Source: an uncultured Pirellulales bacterium (lineage in GTDB: Bacteria; Planctomycetota; Phycisphaerae; Sedimentisphaerales; Anaerobacaceae). Taken from it: a stretch of DNA of 57,224 nt. Every line of letters starts with the position of its first letter. Position 1 is the first letter of the stretch. The position numbers and the translations under genes were made by a program. The notes under the pieces are model-generated. The model worked only from the letters and a program-made list of their open reading frames with translations. It made no database searches and had not been told where the DNA came from. Positions 18,174 to 28,009 of this stretch are shown here, one piece after another. The stretch is from NCBI GenBank assembly GCA_964492365.1, contig CAZBKA010000002.1, positions 1,208 to 58,431 of the forward strand, written 5' to 3'.

Positions 18174-19598
18174 ATGTCTGACTGGCAAATACAGAAATCA
18201 CTCGATAATCGGGATGAGACTTCACTGGGATATATGCTGAAACTGGCGGCACCGATGATAGTCACCAATATATCCTTTACGATGATGCAGTTTATTGACA
18301 GGTTGATGGTTTCCTGTCTAGGAACCAATGAGCTGGCGGCGGTATTACCGGCTGGGGTGGTGAGTTTTTTGCCGGGGAGTTTTGCAATCGGGGTGCTGAC
18401 AAGTGTCAATACATTTGTGAGCCAATCATACGGCAGAAGAGAAAATGAGCAGTGTCCCAAATACTGTTGGCAGGGAATTTATATGGGGCTTGCTTACTTC
18501 ATGGTTGTAACGGCCATTATGTGGCAATGGTCGGATGTAATATTCAAAGCTATGGGGCATGAAGGTGTTATTATTGAGATGGAAGTGTCGTATCTTCGTA
18601 TAATGCTTTATACCCAGATAATCTCGATTTTCATGCATGCGAGCAGTCAATTTTTTATGGGTGTGCACCGCCCTATTATCACGATGTATGCGGCTATAGC
18701 GGCACAAGTGGTCAATGTTGGGTGTAATTATGTTTTGATATTCGGTCATTTCGGATTTCCTCAACTGGGTATCAGAGGTGCAGCATGGGGAACGTTTATC
18801 GGGATGGCAGTTGAAACGTGCATTCATATGTGGATGTTTATAGGCAGTGATATCAATGAAAAATTTCACACCAGAAGCGGCTTGAAACCTGACCTGATTA
18901 TAATGAAAGATCTGCTTAAGGTTGGTATGCCTGCGGGATTTGGCTTGATGATAAATATATCACTGTGGGCCATGATTTTGCTTGGTCTGGTAAGCCGATT
19001 TGGCAAAGAGGCATTAGCGGCGACTTCAGCGGTATTTTCGTGTATTAATATCTCTGTAATGCCGATAGTAGGGATTGGGACCGCGTTGACTGCGGCAGTT
19101 GGAAAAGCCATTGGTGAAGGAAGAAGTGATATTGCCAAAAAGCAGACGCGAATATGTCTTAAAGTCGGACTGATTTACATGGGACTTGTGGGGCTTTGCT
19201 TTTTTGTTTTCAGAGACAGCCTGATGGAGATGTGGTCAACAGACAGTAAGGTTATCGATATTGGTGTTAAGATATTGGTATGTGCAGCGATTTTCCAGGT
19301 TTTCGATGCTGCGACGATAATATATAACGGCAGCTTGCGTGGAGCAGGAGATACGGTCTGGATGGCTGCAATGTCGGCAATCGGAGCGATTGTTATACTT
19401 GGCGGCGTCGGCTGGATAATTTTATATTATTTCGAGGAACTTGGCCCTATAGGGCCCTGGATTGCGGCAACAATCAATATTATTGCTGTCGGAATCGCTA
19501 ACCGGTGGCGGTTTAAAAGCGGTAAATGGAAAGAAATTAACTTATTTAAGCGACGTGCAACAGGTGTCGCTGTTGAAGTTGAAGCTGTAATAGAGTAG
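18174..19598 (+). CDS. MATE family efflux transporter
   Basis: 12-TM protein with internal duplication. Has a MATE-type N-terminus (LKLAAPMIVTNISFTMMQFIDRLMV) and GLRGAGDT-like blocks (SLRGAGDTVW). Confidence 0.8.
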   Translation: MSDWQIQKSLDNRDETSLGYMLKLAAPMIVTNISFTMMQFIDRLMVSCLGTNELAAVLPAGVVSFLPGSFAIGVLTSVNTFVSQSYGRRENEQCPKYCWQGIYMGLAYFMVVTAIMWQWSDVIFKAMGHEGVIIEMEVSYLRIMLYTQIISIFMHASSQFFMGVHRPIITMYAAIAAQVVNVGCNYVLIFGHFGFPQLGIRGAAWGTFIGMAVETCIHMWMFIGSDINEKFHTRSGLKPDLIIMKDLLKVGMPAGFGLMINISLWAMILLGLVSRFGKEALAATSAVFSCINISVMPIVGIGTALTAAVGKAIGEGRSDIAKKQTRICLKVGLIYMGLVGLCFFVFRDSLMEMWSTDSKVIDIGVKILVCAAIFQVFDAATIIYNGSLRGAGDTVWMAAMSAIGAIVILGGVGWIILYYFEELGPIGPWIAATINIIAVGIANRWRFKSGKWKEINLFKRRATGVAVEVEAVIE

Positions 19599-19639
19599 AA
19601 TATATCCAAGGATGTTGTTTTAAGCGGATTAAACTATAG

Positions 19640-21247
19640 ATGAAAAAACTATATGTATATTTATTAATAATATTTGCAATGTTTATTGCTATTGCAGACT
19701 GTTCATTAATGGCTGGGCCTTTGGCTAACAATAATAAACCCGGAACCTACGCCAGGAGCATCGAACAGATACTTAAATACAACAGCATGGACATTGATAT
19801 CGGTACAGCTGCGATGATAATTTCGGAGCAGTGGAGCGAGAATGTACTTGGCCGACAGTATATTTTTCAACTAGACGAAATGGCTCACGATATACTTAAC
19901 GAACTCAAAGAACGAGGCAGGAGTGTTGATTATAGAGCTATCGAGGTTATTAACGATTATCTTTATAATAAGGTCGGCTTTACTACGGTTGAAACTGCGG
20001 ATGACCCGGAAGATTTGTTTTTGCATAGCGTCCTTGATAATAGAAAAGGGTATTGCCTGAGTTTGTCGGTGCTTTATCTTGCACTGGCAGAGAGGATAGG
20101 ACTAGAACTATATGGAGTGGTTGTGCCCGGGCATTTTTTCGTAAGGTATGATGACGGAGAAGTCCGGTTCAATATTGAAACGACTAATCGCGGTTCGATC
20201 AGCGATGATGAGTATTACATTAAAAAATTCAATGTTCCTATGGACAGTAATATTTATATGAAGAACCTCGACAAGAGGCAGAGTCTCGGCTGTTTCTTTA
20301 ATAATCTCGGTAACTGTTACAGTGATATCGGCAACGTTGAAATGGCGATAAAGGCACTGGAAAAATCCATCGAGATTAATCCTTCGCTGGCTGAATCGAG
20401 GACTAATCTGGGAAATATTTACCTGAATAAAGGCGAAATAGATTATGCGATAGAATTGTATCAGGGTGCAGTTGAAATCAACCCTAACGATGCAAAAGTT
20501 TATAATAACCTTGCTAATGCGTATATGCAAAAAGGCCTGGTATCTAAGGCGATTGAGTTTTATATGTTCAGCCAGAATCTTGATCCTGATTTTTGTGATA
20601 CCTATAAAAATCTTGCCAGAGCTTATATCGTAACTAAAAATTATGATGAAGCACTAGCACAACTGAATAAAGCTGAGATACGTTCACCTAATGATCCTTC
20701 GGTCTATTATTTTATGGGAGAGGTTTATGTTCAGAAAAACAAAACCGCAGAAGCAATATATAATTACGAGAAAGCTATCAAACTTAAGGAAGATTACGGT
20801 GAAGCATATTGCGGGATCGCATCATGTTATGGTTTAAGCGGAGATGTAGATAATGAAATATACTACTATGAAAAAGCCATCTCTGTACAACCCGAAATGA
20901 CTGGAGCAATAGTAAATCTCGGGAACGCTTATTTTTCGAAGCAAAACTACGATATGGCTATCGAACAATACAGAAAGGCCTTGACGTTAACAAACAAGGA
21001 TGACAGGATATATTACAATCTTGGAGCAGCATATGCAAATTTGAAACTTTATGCTGAGGCTACCGAGCAATATGTTAAAACTCTGGAAATTAATCCTGAA
21101 AATGCAGATGCAAACTACGGACTCGGGGTTATTTATTATCAGCAGGGCCAATACAGAACAGCATGGAAACATATCATCAAGGCCAAACAGCTTGGCTATG
21201 ATGTTGATCCGCAGCTTTATAATGCAATAGAAAACCAGATTAAATAG
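19640..21247 (+). CDS. Transglutaminase-like domain protein with about 9 TPR repeats
   Basis: Signal peptide. Transglutaminase-like core (RKGYCLSLSVLYLALAERIGL...VVPGHFFVRY). Repeated TPR consensus (A..Y.KAL.L.P..A.AY.NLG). Confidence 0.7.
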   Translation: MKKLYVYLLIIFAMFIAIADCSLMAGPLANNNKPGTYARSIEQILKYNSMDIDIGTAAMIISEQWSENVLGRQYIFQLDEMAHDILNELKERGRSVDYRAIEVINDYLYNKVGFTTVETADDPEDLFLHSVLDNRKGYCLSLSVLYLALAERIGLELYGVVVPGHFFVRYDDGEVRFNIETTNRGSISDDEYYIKKFNVPMDSNIYMKNLDKRQSLGCFFNNLGNCYSDIGNVEMAIKALEKSIEINPSLAESRTNLGNIYLNKGEIDYAIELYQGAVEINPNDAKVYNNLANAYMQKGLVSKAIEFYMFSQNLDPDFCDTYKNLARAYIVTKNYDEALAQLNKAEIRSPNDPSVYYFMGEVYVQKNKTAEAIYNYEKAIKLKEDYGEAYCGIASCYGLSGDVDNEIYYYEKAISVQPEMTGAIVNLGNAYFSKQNYDMAIEQYRKALTLTNKDDRIYYNLGAAYANLKLYAEATEQYVKTLEINPENADANYGLGVIYYQQGQYRTAWKHIIKAKQLGYDVDPQLYNAIENQIK

Positions 21248-21384
21248 CATTTAAACAAAACTTGGACACTTCTGCAAAAAGATTGATAAATCGTTTATAA
21301 GAGTGTATATTGCTGGGTTGTTTAATGTGAAAAATACTATAGAATCCAAAGCGATGTTTTTAATTTTATTATAAAGGTTGTTAA

Positions 21385-22362
21385 ATGAATGTTATTCTGC
21401 TGATTGCCGGTTTTTTACTGGTAATTAAAGGTGCTGATTTTCTGGTTGATGGAGCCAGTGCTTTAGCCAAAAAATTTTCCATATCAGAACTTGTTATTGG
21501 TCTTACAATAGTTGCCTTCGGAACATCTTTGCCTGAGCTTTCGGTCAATGTTTTTGCCAGCATGACAGGCAATTCCAGCATAGCAATTGGTAACATACTA
21601 GGCAGTAACATCGCAAATATCCTGCTTATACTTGGTATTTCGGGATTGATCTATCCGCTTGTGGTAAAAAAAAGTACAGTATGGAAAGAGATACCTTTAT
21701 GTCTATTAGCTATCGTTCTGATAGGTATAATGTCCAATGATAAGTTTATCGATAATGCTGAAGTTTCAGTATTAAGCAGAATCGATGGATTTGTATTAAT
21801 CAGTTTTTTTATTATTTTTCTTTGCTATTCATTTAGTATTGCTAAACCCAGTGAAATGCCTGAAGTTTCATTGAACACAAAGAAAGTAAGCACGAAAAAA
21901 ATTGCAGCTCTAATCTTTTTTGGATTTACTGCTTTAATCTTAGGCGGAAAATTTGTGGTTGACAGTGCTGTTAATATAGCAATTGCACTGGGCATAAGTG
22001 AGTCAATAATAGGCTTAACAATTGTGGCGTTAGGAACATCACTACCTGAATTAGCAACTTCCGCAGTGGCTGCTTATAAGAAAAATTCAGAAATAGCCAT
22101 AGGCAACGTTGTAGGTTCCAATATTTTCAATGTATTCTTCATTCTCGGAGTAAGCTCAGTAATCAAACCGTTGCCATTCGAACCACAAAATAACTTTGAT
22201 ATCGGTGTTGCAATAATGGCAACCTTTTTATTGTTTATATTCATGTTTACAGGGAAAAAACACAAACTGGACAGATGGCAGTCAGGTTTGTTTCTTGCTC
22301 TGTACGCAGGATATATTTTATATTTGATCTTAAACAAAGACGCTTATAGTAATTTATGCTAA
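21385..22362 (+). CDS. CaCA family Na+/Ca2+ antiporter (YrbG-like)
   Basis: Two alpha-repeats, both GTSLPEL (GTSLPELSV and GTSLPELAT). About 10 TM segments. Confidence 0.85.
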   Translation: MNVILLIAGFLLVIKGADFLVDGASALAKKFSISELVIGLTIVAFGTSLPELSVNVFASMTGNSSIAIGNILGSNIANILLILGISGLIYPLVVKKSTVWKEIPLCLLAIVLIGIMSNDKFIDNAEVSVLSRIDGFVLISFFIIFLCYSFSIAKPSEMPEVSLNTKKVSTKKIAALIFFGFTALILGGKFVVDSAVNIAIALGISESIIGLTIVALGTSLPELATSAVAAYKKNSEIAIGNVVGSNIFNVFFILGVSSVIKPLPFEPQNNFDIGVAIMATFLLFIFMFTGKKHKLDRWQSGLFLALYAGYILYLILNKDAYSNLC

Positions 22363-22397
22363 AACAATTTATCATTAAAATTAATGGAGAGCATAAA

Positions 22398-24809
22398 GTG
22401 AATTCAAAAAAGACATTACTTTCATTAGCTGCAATCGTTTTGTTTTTTGCGGCGTGCACCTACGGCATTGATGCAAATGACCTGTCGGACAATTACGGTT
22501 TTGGGGAAATTGAGATAATCAAATCTGACTGGGCAATCCAAAATCTCATAGTGGCGGACTTCAACGGGGACGGGCTGGAGGATATTGCTTTTGCAAATAA
22601 CCAAAAGGCAAAAATAGAGATACTGCTACAAAAAGCCAAGGAACCTGAAATCAAACAGGAAGCCTCTCCAGTGGTTGATCAAGACGACATTAATCAGCTT
22701 CCTGAAGACAGTATGTTTGAGAAAATTTCTATTGCTGTTTCAGAAAAGATAGCAAGTATGATCAGCGGTGACTTTAACAAAGATGGAATGGTTGACATCG
22801 CTTTTTATGGAAAACCTAACGGTCTTTATCTGATATTGCAGAAAAAAGATGAGTCGCAGGCTAAGACTACTGCTTTGAGTTGGAAGAGCTGGAAGAAGAT
22901 TAAGATAGTCGACGCCCTGCTGAGCATCAATTCGCTGGTGAAATCTGATTTTAACAATGACGGCAGAGATGATATCGCTTTGGCTGGGCCGGATAGTATT
23001 TATATTATTTTGCAGAAAGATGACGGGACTTTGGCTGAGGAGGTAAAATATCCGACATCTGCGGCAACGTTGGGAGTTGACAGTTCAGATCTGAATGGCG
23101 ACGGGCTGAATGACCTTGTTCTAATAACAGATGACGGAGACAAACCACTGCATGTAAGATTTGGACTGGCTGATGGTCAGATGGGGCCTGAGATGCGGTT
23201 TTTTATTGAGTCGCCTTATGTATTGGAGATGCGTGATACTGACGGCAAAAAAGGCAGCGAGATACTTACAATCGACAGGAGAAGCGGCAGGCTGATAAAT
23301 TACGGTCTTTCAAGTCAAACTGCAGATGATGAAGACTGGCTCATGTTGTTTTATCCATTTGCTGCGGGCAAAGAAGACAGGAACAGGGATATTGCGGCAG
23401 CTGATTTTGACGGCGATGGGCTGGATGATATTATAGTCAGTGACCCGGCAGCAGCAGAGTTGATACTTTACCAGCAGAAAGCAAATATCGGTTTGGCAGA
23501 TGCGGTACGGTTCCCCTGCTTTTCTGATGTTGACTGTATCAGTACAGGTGACATTAACGGCGATGGCAAAAGTGAGCTGATAGTGCTTAGTATCAAGGAA
23601 AAACTTATAGGGCAGGTCAGCTATGAAAATAATCGACTGACATTTCCAAAGCCTTTGGCGGTTGCAGGCGAACCGGTTGCTATGGCGATAGCTGATATCG
23701 ATGATAACGACGGGCTAGATTGTGTTTATATCAGTAAGGATGCCAATAGTGTGCTTTCACTGGATGTGGTTTATAATCTTCAAGCGATAAAGGAATTAAA
23801 CAACAAAAATCCTGATGGTAAGCAGCAACGACAGACAAAGGATAACAATTCCAACGGATCCAAAATTGAATTGAAAAAGCTCGAGGCAAATCCAGATGGT
23901 ATAAAGATAATTGATGTCGATCAGGATGGGCTCAATGACGTTATTGTTTTTGTCAAATATGAAAAGCCTATACTTATCCGCCAGACTGAGCGGAAAAAAT
24001 TCGAGATTGCAGATGCCAGCACAACGCAGGCAAGTTTGATCCAGCAGGCAACTTTGAGTTCGACGGCTGTTGCGGATATCGACAGCAATAATGGTAAGGA
24101 AATACTTATCGCACAGGATAACTTTGCGAGAAGTCTGAAGTTTTCTGATCAATCAAAATGGCAAATCGTCGATCAGTATAATGCCAAGAGCACTGAAAAT
24201 AAGATCAGTGCTGTTGCGGCATTTATGATGAGCAGTGATAATATTAAACCAAGTATATTACTGCTTGATGGACAAAAGGGACAATTGCAGATATTAAATG
24301 CCAGTCAGGACCAGACATATCGAATCACTAAGGAACTTGAAGTCGGCAACTGGAGCAATTCTCTGCACCTGAGGATACTTTTTGCAAAGGTGAACGGAAA
24401 AGACACTAACAGCATTATCCTTTTTGATAACAGTAAATTTGCTTTGATAGATATGCCTGAAAATAATTCGGGCTTGAGCTTCGAACAGCTTTTCAGCTAT
24501 GAAACAAAAATAAAGAATGGTATCTACGGCAATATGACGAGCGGCGATATTAACAACGACGGCAATATTGATATTGTTCTGGTTGATTATAAAGAGAACA
24601 ATATCGAGATACTGACATTTGAGGAAACTAATAAACCTGTTTCGGTAATGAAATTTAAGGTATTTGAAGAGAAGAGCTACCGCACAGAGCAACAGGACAA
24701 AATTGGAGTTGAACCAAGAGAGATGAAAATTGCTGATGTTACCGGTGATGGCAAGAATGACCTTATATGCATCATTCATGACCGGATAATCATTTATCCG
24801 CAGGACTAA
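22398..24809 (+). CDS. FG-GAP/VCBS repeat lipoprotein (beta-propeller)
   Basis: At least 9 D-x-N/D-x-D-G-x-x-D-(I/L) repeats, for example DFNGDGLEDIAF and DLNGDGLNDLVL. The GTG at 22398 has GGAGAG 6 nt upstream and gives MNSKKTLLSLAAIVLFFAAC (lipobox). The track start at 22356 overlaps the stop of the upstream gene. Confidence 0.75.
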   Translation: MNSKKTLLSLAAIVLFFAACTYGIDANDLSDNYGFGEIEIIKSDWAIQNLIVADFNGDGLEDIAFANNQKAKIEILLQKAKEPEIKQEASPVVDQDDINQLPEDSMFEKISIAVSEKIASMISGDFNKDGMVDIAFYGKPNGLYLILQKKDESQAKTTALSWKSWKKIKIVDALLSINSLVKSDFNNDGRDDIALAGPDSIYIILQKDDGTLAEEVKYPTSAATLGVDSSDLNGDGLNDLVLITDDGDKPLHVRFGLADGQMGPEMRFFIESPYVLEMRDTDGKKGSEILTIDRRSGRLINYGLSSQTADDEDWLMLFYPFAAGKEDRNRDIAAADFDGDGLDDIIVSDPAAAELILYQQKANIGLADAVRFPCFSDVDCISTGDINGDGKSELIVLSIKEKLIGQVSYENNRLTFPKPLAVAGEPVAMAIADIDDNDGLDCVYISKDANSVLSLDVVYNLQAIKELNNKNPDGKQQRQTKDNNSNGSKIELKKLEANPDGIKIIDVDQDGLNDVIVFVKYEKPILIRQTERKKFEIADASTTQASLIQQATLSSTAVADIDSNNGKEILIAQDNFARSLKFSDQSKWQIVDQYNAKSTENKISAVAAFMMSSDNIKPSILLLDGQKGQLQILNASQDQTYRITKELEVGNWSNSLHLRILFAKVNGKDTNSIILFDNSKFALIDMPENNSGLSFEQLFSYETKIKNGIYGNMTSGDINNDGNIDIVLVDYKENNIEILTFEETNKPVSVMKFKVFEEKSYRTEQQDKIGVEPREMKIADVTGDGKNDLICIIHDRIIIYPQD

Positions 24810-24827
24810 TTCTTAATAACAGGTAAA

Positions 24828-25886
24828 ATGGAACGGGATAAAGAAACAGTTTTTATCGCTTTGAGCGGCGGTGTTGATTCTATGGCGACAGGGGCATTGC
24901 TGCTTGAGAGGGGCTACCATTGCGAAGCGGTATTTATGATTACCTGCGACCATTTTTTAACCAACAGAGCAGATGCAGAAAAAGCGGCTCATGCTCTGGG
25001 GATAAAATTACATGTTATCGACTTTCGTCAGGAGTTCAGGCTTATACTGGATTATTTTTTCAGCCAATACAAAGTTGGCAGAACACCAAACCCATGTGTT
25101 TATTGTAATCGGTTTATAAAATTCGGGAAGCTGTGGGACTTTGCCAGGGAACATGGTGCAAAGTTTCTTTCAACGGGACATTACGCACGTGTTATTAAGA
25201 CTGAAGCCGGCTGGGGCATATATGAAGCTACGAATATCGTAAAGGATCAGTCCTATGTGTTTTCAATGATAAACAGAGATGTGCCTGAACATCTGGTTTT
25301 ACCGATGGGGGAATATACTAAAGAACAGGCAAAAAAGATAGCTGGTGCCTTTGATACTGGTATCGAACATAAGGAAGAATCACAGGAGATATGCTTTGTA
25401 CCTGAAGATGATTATGTAAGGCTGATAGAGCAAAACTGCCCGGAGCTTATCCGCGAGGGTGACATCGTTGACAGCAGCGGTAAAATTCTGGGCAAACATA
25501 TGGGTATGCACAAATACACTATCGGTCAACGAAAAGGTTTAGGTGTCGCAATGGGAGTGCCCTACTATGTCACTTGTATCGATGCTGAGAATAACAAGGT
25601 CACACTTGGACCTAAAACAGAAGTAATGCATAATAAATTATCGGCATCTGGGGTGAACTGGCTTATAGATGAGCCTGCTGAGAAATTTAGAGCTAAGGTT
25701 AAAATAAGATATAATTCCAGAGGTGCGTCTGCGAAGGTTTGTCCTAAAGGCAATCAAGTCGATATCGAATTCGATGAGGCAGTATCAGCAATTACACCGG
25801 GGCAAGCCGCGGTAATTTATGTTGAAGATGAACACGGCTGGAAAGTTGCCGGCGGAGCATGGATCGATTCGGCGGAAGATATTTAA
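24828..25886 (+). CDS. mnmA: tRNA-specific 2-thiouridylase
   Basis: PP-loop ALSGGVDS, NPCVYCN, ATGHYAR-like STGHYAR, KDQSY. Confidence 0.9.
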   Translation: MERDKETVFIALSGGVDSMATGALLLERGYHCEAVFMITCDHFLTNRADAEKAAHALGIKLHVIDFRQEFRLILDYFFSQYKVGRTPNPCVYCNRFIKFGKLWDFAREHGAKFLSTGHYARVIKTEAGWGIYEATNIVKDQSYVFSMINRDVPEHLVLPMGEYTKEQAKKIAGAFDTGIEHKEESQEICFVPEDDYVRLIEQNCPELIREGDIVDSSGKILGKHMGMHKYTIGQRKGLGVAMGVPYYVTCIDAENNKVTLGPKTEVMHNKLSASGVNWLIDEPAEKFRAKVKIRYNSRGASAKVCPKGNQVDIEFDEAVSAITPGQAAVIYVEDEHGWKVAGGAWIDSAEDI

Positions 25887-26034
25887 AATAATTGTTTTTT
25901 CAACAGCAATCGCCTTGTCAGACAACGCTTTTTTTGAAATTGGTGATCGCTGAAAAATTTTCATCCTATTTTTTCAATAAATAAAGCTGTGTTTTAAATA
26001 GCAGTATTTGGCTTTTTTATTATAAAGTGATTAT

Positions 26035-26062
26035 TTGACGGCATTTATGTTTGTGATATAAT
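26035..26062 (+). promoter_or_regulatory. Putative promoter of the lpxD-lpxI-kinase unit
   Basis: TTGACG, 16 nt spacer, TGaTATAAT (-10 at 26057-26062). It lies 42 nt upstream of lpxD. Confidence 0.5.
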
Positions 26063-26104
26063 GGCGTGCTATAAATATTGAATAAGAACGTTTGAGGATA
26101 CTAA

Positions 26105-27139
26105 ATGCAACAGGTTAGAACTTTAAAAGAGCTGGCAGAGTTTGTCGGCGGAAAAGTATCAGGCGACGGCAGCGTCAAAATAAGCAATGCCGCTACCCTG
26201 AGTCAAGCAGTTAAGGGTGATATAACATTTCTTGCCAACAAAAAGTATGAAAACCAACTTTTAACAACCAGCGCTTCGGCTGTCGTCGTTGACAGAGAAG
26301 TCGAATCATGTACAAATCTGATTATCAGTGATGATCCCTATTTTGCTTTCAGGGAAATTGTCGTTTTGCTGCACGGGCACCGAAAACATAAGAAAACAGG
26401 AATCAGTCCAAAAGCCTCTGTTGCAGAAACCGCCAGCATAGGCAAAGGCTGTGATATACATGATTTTGCCACGGTTTACGATGGTGCCAAAATAGGCAAC
26501 AACTGTGTGCTTTATCCTGGTGCATTTGTAGGTGAAAATACAACTATCGGCGACAATTGTATCTTGTATCCGAATGCTGTTGTTTTTGACAACTGTGTTA
26601 TTGGAAACAGAGTTATTATACAGGCTAATGCATCTGTAGGCGAAGATGGTTTTGGATTTGCCACTCACAAGGGACAGCATCACAAAATACCTCAAATCGG
26701 CAGAGTAATTCTTGAGGACGATGTTGAGATCGGCGCCAGCAGCGGCATAGAACGCGGAACACTTGATGATACAATAATCGGCAAAGGTACAAAGGTCGGT
26801 GACATGGTTGCCATCGGACACGGCACAAAGATCGGGGCTGGGTGCTTGATTGTGCCTCTGGTAGGAATAGCAGGTTCAGTAACGGTCGGTAATTACTGCA
26901 TTTTCGGGGGGCAATCTGGTATTGTCGGCCATATTAAGATCGGTAACATGGTAAGGATCGGCGCAAAGGCTGGAGTTATCAATGACGTCGCTGACGGGAA
27001 AGAAATGCTGGGCGTACCTGCAATCGATTCGAACAAAGCCAGACGTGCCTATGCCCTTATCGAAACTTTGCCTGAAATGTATAAAAGAATAAAAGATCTT
27101 GAAAAGAAACTGAAAAAAGCTACAGATAAAAACAGTTAG
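26105..27139 (+). CDS. lpxD: UDP-3-O-acylglucosamine N-acyltransferase
   Basis: N-terminal LKELAEFVGGKVSGDG...ITFLANKKY, then left-handed beta-helix hexapeptide repeats and a C-terminal helix. Confidence 0.9.
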   Translation: MQQVRTLKELAEFVGGKVSGDGSVKISNAATLSQAVKGDITFLANKKYENQLLTTSASAVVVDREVESCTNLIISDDPYFAFREIVVLLHGHRKHKKTGISPKASVAETASIGKGCDIHDFATVYDGAKIGNNCVLYPGAFVGENTTIGDNCILYPNAVVFDNCVIGNRVIIQANASVGEDGFGFATHKGQHHKIPQIGRVILEDDVEIGASSGIERGTLDDTIIGKGTKVGDMVAIGHGTKIGAGCLIVPLVGIAGSVTVGNYCIFGGQSGIVGHIKIGNMVRIGAKAGVINDVADGKEMLGVPAIDSNKARRAYALIETLPEMYKRIKDLEKKLKKATDKNS

Positions 27140-27157
27140 AAGAATCAGATTATAAGT

Positions 27158-27997
27158 ATGAATGACAATCCGAAAACACTTGGACTTATTGCAGGAGAAG
27201 GCAGACTTCCGTTCATGGTTGCTGCTGGTGCCAAAAAAGCAGGGCTAAGGGTCGTTTGTGTCGGTCTTGCCGGGAGTGTTGACGAGAGGCTTGCTAACGA
27301 GGTTGATGTGTTTAAAAAAGCAGCTTTGGCCAGACCTGGAGCGTGGATAAGAAAACTTAAAAAACAAGGCGTTACAGATACGATAATGGTTGGTCGGGTA
27401 GCCAAGGGAAAAATATTTACCCCTTTCAGAATAATAAGGTATCTTCCAGACTGGAGATCGATACGGATATGGTATTGGCGGCTGCGAGGAAAAAATAAAC
27501 AGAATGAAACAATGCTGAATGCACTGGCAGAGGAGCTTGCCAGCGGAGGTATTATATTGGAAGATTCTACAAAATATTGCAAAGATAAAATGGCAGAGGT
27601 CGGAGTTATGACCAGCAAAGAGCCTCCGAATTCAATTCGTGAGGATATCGAATTCGGTTGGGAGATTGTTAAAAAACTTGCGGAGCTTGATATAGGTCAG
27701 GCCATTGCAGTAAGGGAAAAAGAGGTGCTTTCGGTCGAAGGAATCGAGGGAACCGCTAATATGATTAAACGCACGGGGCAATTCTGCAAAAAAGGCGGCT
27801 GGACACTTATAAAGGTCTCAAAGTACAATCAGGATATGCGGTTCGATGTTCCTTGTATTGGTGTCGATACTATAAAAGAAGTTGCTGAAAATGGCGGTAA
27901 GCATATTGTTATCGAAGCTGGGAAAACTTTTATGATCGACAAAGAAGAAACAATAAAACTTGCTGACAAGCTGGGCATCACTATCACCGGTCGCTGA
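27158..27997 (+). CDS. lpxI: UDP-2,3-diacylglucosamine hydrolase LpxI (DUF1009)
   Basis: LGLIAGEGRLPF N-terminus and DIGQAIAVREKEVLSVEGIEGTANMIKR block are typical of LpxI. Located next to lpxD. Confidence 0.75.
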   Translation: MNDNPKTLGLIAGEGRLPFMVAAGAKKAGLRVVCVGLAGSVDERLANEVDVFKKAALARPGAWIRKLKKQGVTDTIMVGRVAKGKIFTPFRIIRYLPDWRSIRIWYWRLRGKNKQNETMLNALAEELASGGIILEDSTKYCKDKMAEVGVMTSKEPPNSIREDIEFGWEIVKKLAELDIGQAIAVREKEVLSVEGIEGTANMIKRTGQFCKKGGWTLIKVSKYNQDMRFDVPCIGVDTIKEVAENGGKHIVIEAGKTFMIDKEETIKLADKLGITITGR

Positions 27998-28009
27998 GAA
28001 AAATATTTT